From Oopsacas minuta (taxonomy: Eukaryota > Animalia > Porifera): DNA of 64,000 bases. The stretch spans positions 946,619 through 1,010,618 of the forward strand of contig JAKMXF010000111.1 in NCBI GenBank assembly GCA_024704765.1. Direction: 5' to 3'. Position 1 is the first letter of the stretch, and the number at the start of each line of letters is the position of its first letter. This document shows positions 34,482-45,920 of the stretch, piece by piece. The position numbers and the translations under genes are program-made. The notes beneath the pieces are model-generated. The model searched no databases, had not been told where the DNA came from, and saw only the letters and a list, made by a program, of their open reading frames with translations.

Positions 34482-37400
34482 TCAATTTCTCAGCTTCTTG
34501 AAAGATTTTCCAAAGTTTTGCTTTCCAAAAGAATTCTTAGCATTTTTCTTAGATTTTTGCATGGTTTTAAGTTTAGGAGAAGGTCTTCTCAACTTATTCG
34601 CAGCTGATTTAATGCTGTATCGTTTTCTTTTAGTGTTATTCTTGTCTTGATTCTCTTGATAAATCCCATCTTCAATCAAGTGAGAAAACTAGTGAGTAGA
34701 AAGTTATGTGAAAGCAGACGAAGGATGCTAAGATTATTAGTCATGCAGTAAAGGTCCATTGAAATAAGAGCAGAGGTGCAGTGGGAATGAACTTATGACT
34801 CCCATCCCATTTCCGCAGGATTCACATAGGAATTCACATGACATATTCCATAGGAAAAAATATTATTCCCATTCCCATCCCACTGATCCCATACCAATTC
34901 GGCCATTCCCACGGGCTACGGCAACCCTGATATTAGCCAAATAATCGAATGAACAACTATATAATAAGTATACCTCATCAGCAGCCGCAAATAGCCTGTC
35001 ATCAATAGAACCTTCTCCTTGCCTAGAATAAATATTACGTATAGAGAAATATCCTAAAAAGCGTTCATTTTTTCAAAAATACTAAACTTCTGAAAAATTG
35101 AAATAGTTTTGGAATCATTCCAAAATACTCATGCTTTTTTAATTATTATCATGAGAGTAAATAAAAATAGACAATTACAACAATTAATGATTGTCAGGGC
35201 ACCGGTTATATCGAACTTTGGTTATATCAAAGTAATTATCGCGGGTCCTTTGAGCTCCGTTGTAAACTGGAGTTGACAGTATTTCAAATATATTGTATGA
35301 GATACTAGTATTATATCCAATAATATCCTCCACAAACCTCTCTTCATCACTTTTGACATCTCGTATTAACATCTTTTCGTATTTCTCTTCATTAAATCCT
35401 ACATCCTCTGAACTATCAAAGTCAGAGCCATCCATATCTAAAATATAATTAAAGTATATTTCGTGGAAAAGAACAAATCGTAAAAGAAGTAGAATAGTTC
35501 TGTGAATAAGTATATAAGTAACAGATGTTCACATGCATATACTACGTATAGGAATCTTCAAGAGAAATTACAGATAATTATGAAGCCAATGAATGTTCCA
35601 AAAGTGATAAGAATTCTTCTTATAAAACTTGTAAAAGAACTGTCAAATCACCAGAGCACTATATGCCATACACATATGAGGTGTGTAATTCATGGAGTAT
35701 ATTGGGCAGGTGACTTTTTCAAAGAACCCATATCACTCGTCACTTAATTGTTCCACAACATTGTAGTATCCGAATTGAGATTATCATGTTAACTTACCAA
35801 AGTCTTCAATCTCAGAATTGCTCGAAGAACTATATTCTGATTGCTCACATCTTCTCTTATTGAATTTCTTCTTCAAATCACTAAAGGATAAAGCTTAATA
35901 GGAATTGAAATTTTTGATATCAATATTTCAAAATGAAATGAATGTATCATTGCTCATTAATAGTATTGCCCATTCTTACATTTATCAAATCCTGCGAGCT
36001 AGATTAAGAATATGAATTATAGAGAGAGATGACGTATGCTGAAGGACTAGAGAAATTCAGAAATGGACTATGCGAAAGAGTTGGTTCAATTGCTAACATT
36101 TTCAATATAATATTCTATAACAGACAAGTAGGTAAATAATTCATAAAAGGTACTGAAATGACCAAGTACTACTTCCCGTCTCTCAATCAAGAAAGAGAAG
36201 TAACTCCAAGAAAGGAACAAGATAGCGAGGATACTTATAGTACCAAGTCCAATTACGATATGCTATATCTCCTCATAAGGTCACGAGATGAGGAAGGGAA
36301 CGGTTTAAGTCACAAACAAATCATTGACGAGCTCAATACGGTGGTATTTGTTGGTCACGATACTACTGGATCAACTAGTTCATTCGTGTTCTACCACCTA
36401 GCTAAATACCCAGAACTACAAGAGGAGTGTAGAGAAGAAGTATTGAGTGTTATGGGAGGAAGAGATGAGATAGAATGGAAAGATATCGGTAAATTCACTT
36501 ATCTAGCTTGTTCCATCAAAGAGACACTAAGACTTTACCAACCAGCACTCTTCGTTTCTAAAAAGGTGGATAAGCCGATTATAATAGACGGTTATCATAT
36601 ACCTGCAAACGTGAGCTTAGATATCTGGATTTACTTAATCCACAGAAATCCCAATCACTGGCCAGAGCCTAGCAAATTCGACCCATCAAGATTCAATGAG
36701 GAAAATATAGTCAAACATCATCCGTACTCATTCATTCCATTTTCTGCTGGCTCTAGGAGCTGTTTTGGACAGAATTTCGCAATGACTGAGCTAAAGATTA
36801 TCACAGCAAAGGTAGTTAAGAACTTTCAAATCTCTCTACAATACGACTATGAGATGGAGCCTATGGTGAAAGTAGTATTATCACCTTCTGATAATATGCC
36901 GCTTATATTTAAGCCATTACAATTCAATCATAAAACTATAGTTCCTTATGTGCATAATGTGTGTTCACCTTATTTAAATCAAATTATCATTTGTGAATCT
37001 ATGTTGGGAAGGAGTGAAGTACTATATCTCTAATCGTTTACTGAAAAGATGCACTATTCGCCTGTTTGGAATTAATATTAACACAATTAACTTATATTTA
37101 CCCCATAAAATTGGGAGTTAACTCTCTATCGGGCTGGAGATCCTCATCATCTTGTAATAACTTCTCTAAGAGTAAAATACAACAAATTAGAAGCATATAT
37201 CAGAATAATACTAATACGTTACGTCTAGTTAAAATACAATTTTCCGTCTGGCAATATTCTTAACTAGCATGCAAGAAATATTGGAAGTATACTTACCAGA
37301 ATTTTCTCTTTGCTTGCTGAGCTTGCGCTCTTGTAACTTGAAGTACCTTAGTAATTGTGTGAAAATAAGCAAACGTCCCATAGAATAATAATTAGATTAT

Positions 37401-40400
37401 TCTTAAGTGCAAATTTCGGTATAAATACACAAACTCTTATCAGTACATAATGAATCAAGTAGTTGTGAATTAGTATACACCTATTTGCTATACATACTGA
37501 TAGTAGAATACTTCATCTTCAGGAATGCAGTCAGGCTTCAAACTCAAGAAAGCTGGAGAGTTTACTAGAATAAGCAAAATTAGAATATCAATAGCAGTAC
37601 ACAAATATAATCTGAATTGTTAGGAATTCTACAAGATTTCTGATCACCCTCTTCATACAACACAAATAAAATCTAGTGCTAATTACGGGGATATCGTGTA
37701 CCTGGTATTTTGTTTGGTCTCTGTTTCGAGGTTAACTTCTAGAAATATATATAAGCATAAGTTGATTAAACAAAGGCCAAGTTGTCTGAAAGAAAAATTT
37801 GGCCTCATTACAATGTCATATCATTTTTCGCATTTGCCAGTAAACAGATAACTCCATAAAGAGTGATTACAGTAGCGAACTTACTTGCATCAATGAAATT
37901 CCCTGACCTATAGATGTAAAGCAAACATTGAATACAATTCAAACTAATATGCCATAGTTAGTTCTGTCCCAAGATCCATGGGACCGAATTATCAAAGTTT
38001 AAAGTGTGAAAGGATAACTCTAACTCTAATCTATAATCATATCTAAAAACCAGAGTTCCAATCCAATCGATAATCGGTAAAAATCTCTGATTTTCTATCG
38101 ATTAAAGTAGATTATAGATTACGCATTAAGCGTTTTATAACGAATATTTCGAAATTCCGTTGATAAATATCCAATCGATACAAATTGTCAGTAATCGATT
38201 ATAATCAATAATTTTACTCGACTGGATAGGAGTGCTAAACACTGAAGTATATTACAAACCTGTTTCTTTTTGCTTAGGACTTTTGTACACAAATTTATCC
38301 AAGAAACTAGAAAGATAAATATATTGTTAATATATCTTACTTAACTTGTAAGCACACAAGTAAGCAATATTATGAATAAATAGCAAGATTACTAAAATAT
38401 ATTACCTCGTAAAACTAAAGCATTCAAGAGGGTCACCACTAAACTCAGACTTCTTAGACTATCAAAAATTAAAGATTAAAAATATTTATATACATATATT
38501 TTAGCAAAATAAAATATTCTTACACATAGAAGATTCTCAGCAAAAGAACGAGCTGATGGATGATAATGATTTCCTATCTGAATAGAAATAAATTGTATAC
38601 CACAATAAGTTTAAAGATACAAATCTTACTAGTGAGATCTCCCAGAGACAAGAATAGTCTGCATGGGAGTATAACGGGTTTCTACAGTTTGAGTAATATC
38701 GCGGTGCGGATGATAAACTCTTAACAGGAGTATGATTCCCGTCTGACTCTTCATTTGATGAAGACAGGTCTTTGAAATTCTCATCTTCTGAATCCCTATC
38801 TACAGGCTGAGTTATGAGAGATTTTAGCGTATAGTCATGTTGAAATATCTGGATATATATATTATGAAAATTTGAAATCAATAATTGAATCAATAATTGA
38901 ATCAATAGTTCACTAACCATTTCACAGAGCTTTAGAACAGCACATAGATAGTTGGATTTGTGAAATATTGTGGATTGTAAGAGTCTTTTGACATAAGCCT
39001 AGAGGGAGCATTATAAACACATAACATATATACGTACAAGTACTATATAATTGCGTAAATAAATACCTTGTTTCTAATTAGAACAGAATCTCCTTTAAAA
39101 GTTCTAAATATAAGATTGAGAAAGAGAGCCTAAAACAAAATAATAGTTGAATGTTAATAACAGAGATTAATGACTACAAGCATTACATACATGTTTATTG
39201 CTTGAAACTAGCTCTCTGTCATACATTTTGTTATACAAAACTTGGTGAAAACGAACAGTAATCTGAGGTCTATCAGAGTATAGTTTATTTAAGCGATATG
39301 TTACCAATATTGAATGTAATATACTTACTTTGTTTCTATGAGTTGGAAGAGAAAGAGAAGAGATTGAAGGCTAGTACTAAAGGTCCCAACATGTACTATT
39401 TTAAATAGCATATCTATCTGCTTAGAGAATAGTTCATCATCTTTCACTTTATTTAGATAATGGTTAAAAAATGTGGAAAATGTGGAAAATTGAAAATATT
39501 GAAATGTATAACAAACATTCTGAAAACGGATATGCCCTCTGTACACCAGATAGGAGAGAGCTCAAAACTTTCCAATTAGCTTCATTCTTTTTACTGTATA
39601 CCTTATGGAAGAAAATTAGTTAAATAATTTCAAAGCTTTGATTTAGTAATTACTAATACTTATCCCATCCAGTCAAGTGTTTACATATGTAATTAGGTTG
39701 AAAACACTAACATGCATTCGTGTTACTCACCCTAAAAAATGTAAAATAAATCAAGATAAGCTTGTTAGCTAGCTTTACATCTCCTCGGGAAAGTATTATT
39801 TGATTGAGAAAATTGAATCCATAGTATCTAGCAAGGCCAAATAATAATAACAATGCAGTAATTTGATTGATACGTAGGTTAAATATTCAAAGATACATAC
39901 TGAGCTTTCTCGCTAATACTTGTTCTATTCACCAGCCTCTCTACCTCCTCACATACAACGTATTTCATATTGGGATGTCTGGAATCTATACAAAATAGAT
40001 ATTTCAGAAACACAAATGTTAAAAGTGATAATAATTAGAAAAATCTAATAAATTTTAGTGCAGAGTCATATTTCAGTAAATATTAGGAAGAACCTACACT
40101 AACTAAGTTTGAAAAGAAGATACTGTGCCTTAGATGCTATCTTCTTTGATGGATCAGCAAGCTTGTCAACCAAAGCAGTCAGCAGTATCTAAACATGAAT
40201 ATTTGAATCAGTTGGAATTCAGATAAAAAAGGCTTTCTCGGAATATTACATACTTGTTCTTGCTCTGGTTTCATTGCCAGCATCTCAAATAAATAATCTA
40301 TAATCAGGAAACACATATGTAACATAGGAATGTCCAAGAAAGTAGTATTATAGCACCTCTAGGAGGCAGGGTGGGAGAGGAATTATACACTCACCAATCG

Positions 40401-41679
40401 ATTTAGTTTTTACATCAAGAACAGTATCGTGTGCATACCTCTAACAATAATAGATTTGTTATAAACAGAATAATGTGAGCTATTATAAACGAATAGAATA
40501 CTCACTTTAACAAGATTGATAAAACCGAGATAATAATGTCTAAGTTTGTGTTCAAATAAAGCTAATATAATCGAACGGTCTCTATCTTGACTTGATTTGA
40601 GAGATTTCAATCCAGTATAATACTATAAGCAGAGGCAAGTATAAGTAGTAATTGTTTAGGTTACCCACTAAAATCCGCTAGCTAAACATACTTGTCCAAG
40701 AGGTATCAATTTTCTATCGGGAAGAAGAGAAGATGTCCATAATTGCCGTAAAGAATCTGATATAAATTACGAATAATTAAACACACATTCAATCGAATTA
40801 GGTCAAATTGTAAATGCATTGAAAGTCAAGTAAATAATCCTTCCTAGCAGAATGACACATACCGCATGAATTGAGTGCTACACGTTTCTCATTCTTCGCT
40901 GCCAAATTAAGTAGAGCAGATAGAGAAGTCAAGTTATGGATTGGAGATTCCTATCATAGGAGATAGTAACATAGGAAGTGACTAACAGATGACTTAAATA
41001 CCTGTACTAATAGAACATGAGCCGATAGCTTGTCACTTAGTGTACCAGTTACTAGAATGCTACGTATCCACTCAGTATCACTTTTATTTATCTTCTCTTG
41101 AACTAAATTAAATAAATCATCAACAGAAAACAAAACAAGGCAGACATATGAAATTATATCGCATAGTCTTTTTGCCAGTGCGAACAAGATCAGACCTGAT
41201 TTATAAGCAGCTGTGTCTCGAGATATCAACTCTTCTGCTTCTTTTAAAAATAAATCAGGAACCTTTAGATTATCCCCTGAGGTTATGTTAAGTTTTTGAT
41301 ATAATTCTCTTTGCTATAAATAAATATTCTAAAATTATCATAAATAATACGTACTGTAGAATTTCAAAACATTACAAAACTGACCACTTCAAACCACATA
41401 GAGTCATTTGTAACAAGAGGCGTCTTGATTGCTACAACTGATCTCTTCTCAAATCTTTTTGGAGATGTTTTGGATAATTTTATCTTTTTGACAGCTCGTG
41501 CTTGTGGTTGAAGCTTTTGTGGCTTAATACTTTTGTTCACAATTTTAGATTGTTTGAGGCCAATATTACTCATATACTCAAGAAGCTATATAAAATTAAA
41601 ATATTTAGTATTCTTAGATACGTAATAATACAAACAAAAATACCTCATTTTGCGAAACTTCATCTCTTGATTCGGCCAT
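34482..41679 (-). CDS. CEBPZ: CCAAT/enhancer-binding protein zeta (Mak21/Noc1), many short exons
   Basis: Start MAESRDEVSQNE at 41679. Exons encode WIRSILVTGTLSDKLSAHVLLVQ, DSLRQLWTSSLLPDRKL, KIVHVGTFSTSLQSL, RNPLYSHADYSCLWEI, IPEDEVFYYQYFK and LFAAADEFSHLIED, ending in a basic C-terminus. Confidence 0.9.
34771..34929. mobile_element. MITE-like insert with CCCAT(T) repeats in the last CEBPZ intron
   Basis: Short imperfect TIR CAGAGGTGC / GCAACCCTG with internal GGGAAT/CCCATTCCC motifs. Confidence 0.5.
36090..37033 (+). pseudogene. 5'-truncated cytochrome P450 (CYP4-clan-like) fragment nested antisense in a CEBPZ intron
   Basis: I-helix VGHDTT, K-helix KETLR, PSRF and heme motif FSAGSRSCFG. 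There is an in-frame TAA shortly upstream of 36158, no room for the N-terminal half inside intron 35881-37101, and the C-terminus runs past the usual end. Confidence 0.75.
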
Positions 41680-41926
41680 GTTAGAATCTTGTTTATGCTT
41701 GGATTTTGTTCTCGAAGGTATAACAAAGTTTTAATTAACTTTATAGACAGCTATAATGATAAATATCTCAAGTACAGTATGTCTAGGAATCTTGGATACA
41801 CCACTTGTATTTAATTCTTCAATTAATGATCATAACAAAACTTAATGTAGAAAAGTAAAACATTTCGAATTTCATAATTAGTTCGATAATATTATAATCA
41901 CTAATAATTTACTATATGCAAATTGG

Positions 41927-42898
41927 TTAATTCTCATCATCTCGTTTGAGTGAGAGTGGTTTAGTCTTCTTCACAATCTCTTTGGCTAGAACAGGAGTAG
42001 AACAACACAATAGCCTCCTGCTCATCAGATCCAATTCTCCTCCTTCAATATCCATACAAACACCACCAGACTCCTCTATGATAAGAATCCCAGCTGCCAT
42101 ATCCCAGCAATGTAGTCCAGTTTCATAATAGGCATCTGCACACCCACTGGCTACCATACAAATGTTGAGAGCAGAAGAGCCGAGAGATCTGAGTCCATGA
42201 CATTGATTAGGTGCTGTTGCCAGAGAGAACATATTGTCACGGTTACTAGTAGCCCATTCTATAACTCTTTGACTCCCCCATTCACACATAATGAAAGCTT
42301 TATTGAGATCTGTCTGACCACTGACATGAATCTTCTCTCCATTTAGCGTAGCTCCTTTGCCCCGACACGCTGAGTACATTTGATCCAATATCAGATTGTA
42401 GATAATTCCAATAGCTGGCTTCTTGTCTATCCATAGTCCAATCGAGATAGCTACAAAGGGAAATCCATGCACGAAATTAGAAGTGCCGTCAATGGGGTCA
42501 ATAATCCAAGTAGGATTGCCTGTTAGTTTACAAGCAGTCTCAGAGGTATCGACGGATTCTTCTCCAATCAGAGAATGAGCCGGATACATCTTACGAATAC
42601 GGTCAAATAATAATTTTTCAACTTCAACATCTGTTTTTGTAACAACATCAGAAGAACATGTTTTCTCCACAAATGTTGGTTTTTCAGTCTGTTTCAAAGC
42701 AGTTTGTGCTACCTTACCTCCCTCTCTTGCTATCTTCAATGCGAAATTATAATATTCATCAAACTCAGTATTAACCACGCCCCCTGATGCCATATGTCTT
42801 AATAATAGAGATTTAGAGTATATAGCCGAATTAGACCCACGAATAGAACACAGAAGAGAATTTGTACACAACAGAGTGGTAGTAAGGGATTTTAACAT
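41927..42898 (-). CDS. IMPA1: Inositol monophosphatase, intronless
   Basis: DVVTKTDVEVE, LIGEES, WIIDPIDGTSNFVHG and WDMAAGILIIEESGG. A second Met at 42793 matches the usual IMPase start. Confidence 0.93.
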   Translation of the reverse strand: MLKSLTTTLLCTNSLLCSIRGSNSAIYSKSLLLRHMASGGVVNTEFDEYYNFALKIAREGGKVAQTALKQTEKPTFVEKTCSSDVVTKTDVEVEKLLFDRIRKMYPAHSLIGEESVDTSETACKLTGNPTWIIDPIDGTSNFVHGFPFVAISIGLWIDKKPAIGIIYNLILDQMYSACRGKGATLNGEKIHVSGQTDLNKAFIMCEWGSQRVIEWATSNRDNMFSLATAPNQCHGLRSLGSSALNICMVASGCADAYYETGLHCWDMAAGILIIEESGGVCMDIEGGELDLMSRRLLCCSTPVLAKEIVKKTKPLSLKRDDEN

Positions 42899-43702
42899 TA
42901 AAATAAAAGCTAGTTAGCTCAATAATGGATTTTCAAATACATCCCTTGAATTGAATGCAGCAATAAGATATTATATATTTTAAGATTAATTATAATAAGA
43001 ATGAATAATGCTTTCGTTATATTTTAATGCAGCACAATTCAATACATAAAACAATCATCAATTTATGATAGTATATGGTACAGGAACGGTCTATACATCT
43101 CATAGTTATAAAAAATGATATGGACCGAAATATTAGCTTCGTACAGAGAGTGAGCTGTGAGCAGCACTGGTGAGTACATTAATGAGACCGATCAGCTGTC
43201 CTTTGAGCTCTTATGGGTTGGTTTACTCATCACATGGTTTTCAAGAGGCTAGAAAGTAAATATATCAATTATGAGAAAGGAGGATACGTATATCACAAGA
43301 AGTATCTGATTACAAATAATAGACAAAAATATCATTTAATATTGAGTAGAAATTATTCAAATTCGGATAAGTAAATAACATGTGCGTCATATTAGCAAAA
43401 GGTTAAAATTACATTTAGAATGACTCATATTGGAGTAGGTATCTATGTGCTGGCAAGTACTGTTGCATGACAGATTTACTACCATACCAGTTTACTACCT
43501 CTGGTACCATGGAACATTGACTTGGTCCACGAATATTTCACTAATTACATCTATGGTTTAATAATCCCAGAATCCCAATGACAATCTATACCTAAAAACT
43601 ATGTAATTTATCACCAAAACTAGCCTAAATATGCAATACTCTCCCTTCAATGGGACTTGAGTGCAAATATATGATAATCCGGGATTAAAAACCCTAATAA
43701 CA

Positions 43703-45551
43703 TCAACTAAAACTAACCTCTTTAACTTGCTCTTTGACGTCAATAACAGATTCCTTAACAGGTCTCTCCCAACACAAAATACGTCCACAGTAAGAACTCA
43801 CAAAAATAAAGTTCTTATCAAAATGAATAGAAGTGAGTCTGTCATCGAAAATAGATTTTTCCACAACAGGCTCTAGTCTACTAACCACTTGGGAGCTAGA
43901 GGGATGAGGCTGTGTCTCGCATAGATCTGTAGGAGGGAGGATAGGTGAGTGTGATACTTTGGATCTATTCTTAACAGGTTTCTTTTTATCTTTTGATTTA
44001 TTACGTCTATCTGAGTTGTCTATTCCGTGATCTTCAACTTCTATATCTGATGCAGAGTTGATGAAGGGATGGTCCTTATTAGACTCCCCGTTCATGCAAG
44101 AGGCTCCGTTTGGATAGGGTAACACAGGAGATGGCGCTGATACACGTCTGGGGCTGATATTAACAACTGATGGTTTAAGGTCATCATCTGAAAATTCCCA
44201 AAGAAAGAATTTACCATCTTGACCTACAGAGCCTAGTCTATAGGTAGGAGCAATTTCTGGATAAAGAGAGCTAACACGTGCTAAACTCTGAAGACGACAT
44301 AGAGGTGTTTTGGAGGGACGGTCATCAGGAGATGGGTTACGTTCTCTACCAGCTGATAGTAGGAAATTGTCACTTGGATCATTACCAGGATTAGTTGGGA
44401 TGTAAAAAGGATCAAACATTACACAGCTGACCCATGATCTGTGACCGAAACATCTACATGAGACAATTATATAAATAGCTGAACATTATACGTAGATATA
44501 ATTAAACTCACCTAGTTAATGGTAACAGAGTAGTGCTACTCCAGATTGTAACTAAATCATCCTCAGTACCAGTAGCAAGATACTTCTCATCAGGACTCCA
44601 ACACACACAAAGAACACCTCCAAAATTGCTCCTTCCTCTCCCACACATTTGTATTGGTTTTTGTTTCAAGCTGAACAAACGTAAGAACCCATCTGAACTA
44701 GCAGTAGCTATCTGTTTGCCATCAGCTGAGAATGCGAAGTGATTAAGTGCATCCGTTCCTATCCTAAGTTTCATTTTAAGTACTGTCTTCTTTGCTCTAG
44801 CAGGATAGAAAGAAAAATGGCTAGTATCTATTGTAGGGTTAGTATGAGGTACTCCAGGTACTTTGTATTTAGTAGTAAGTATTAGAAGAATTTTAGATGT
44901 GAAAGACACAGCAAATCTGTTTATACTTTGAGGAATCCAAGCAATATGAGTTGGTCGTGTTTCCTTAGAACCTTCTATACAATGCTATAAGAAATATTCA
45001 TATGAGTAATCAGTACTTAGAACGTATGTATTTAAAACAACTTAACTGACATCTTCGTTGTAGTATACGGATGTTCTTGAGAAGGGATTGAAATTTAAAA
45101 TGGTACCGCTCTTTGTAGCAATCAATAATTCCAATTGAAGATATTCTTTAACCTCTGTACTAGCAGCCATACATACTGGTGGATCAGAAGTATACATTTT
45201 TCTATCAACGAAGTTCATATAGTGAAGCGGCTAGAAAATAATTGTAAAAATAAATTCAAATAGGAAATAGAAATGACTTACTCTTCCATTGAATCTATAA
45301 ATATATACAGCTGAATCCAAGTTGTAGCAAAGATATGCCAGCTCTTGTGATTTAGTTTTGTCAGATTTATCTATTTTATTGGAGTGTTTGTCAGGAGGAG
45401 GAATTACAGGAGCGAAAGAAGGGCGGAAGCCAGTGTAGCTCCTAATCGTGGCTTTACCAGAGCTAGTATCATAATTTGATAATGTTGAGTAAGTACCATC
45501 TCTAAGATTTAGCTGAAATTCTTGTAGACTTGAAGTTTCGTTTCTTGCCAT
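43703..45551 (-). CDS. WDR20: WD repeat protein 20 / DMWD-like, multi-exon
   Basis: N-terminus MARNE..FQLNLRDGTY; LNHFAFSADGKQIATASSDGFLRLF; FGGVLCVCWSPDEKYLATGTEDDLVTIWS; GHRSWVSCVMFDP; YRLGSVGQDG. The 3' end may use an extra exon near 43200-43250. Confidence 0.88.
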
Positions 45552-45920
45552 GAATGTTAATAAATAGCTAAGAATAGAATAAGGCACATAAAAATTGATA
45601 TAATATCATAACTATATTATATATATTAGAATTCATATAATAGAATCACGTAGAGGGAAAGCACATCATTGCTTGAGAAGATAATAATTTATAAGTGATA
45701 CTGCGAATAATGTGCATGATTAAAAACCAAACATAAGTACATTGGGGTAGTATAATTGTAGCTAGCAGAGGGTGAGGGAGAGCTGGATTAGGAGGCGCCT
45801 AATTAAGAAATACAGATCCTGACATTTACAAATAAAAAGGGAAATTTAGGACTCCAGTATCTCTGATCATTCGTCTCATTATCACCGGTTTAAATAGCTT
45901 AGTAATTCTTATGTTCTTCA

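Noticed and set aside
35184-35435. Standalone 83-aa acidic ORF
   Set aside because: It is a CEBPZ exon running on into an intron that contains a MITE fragment.
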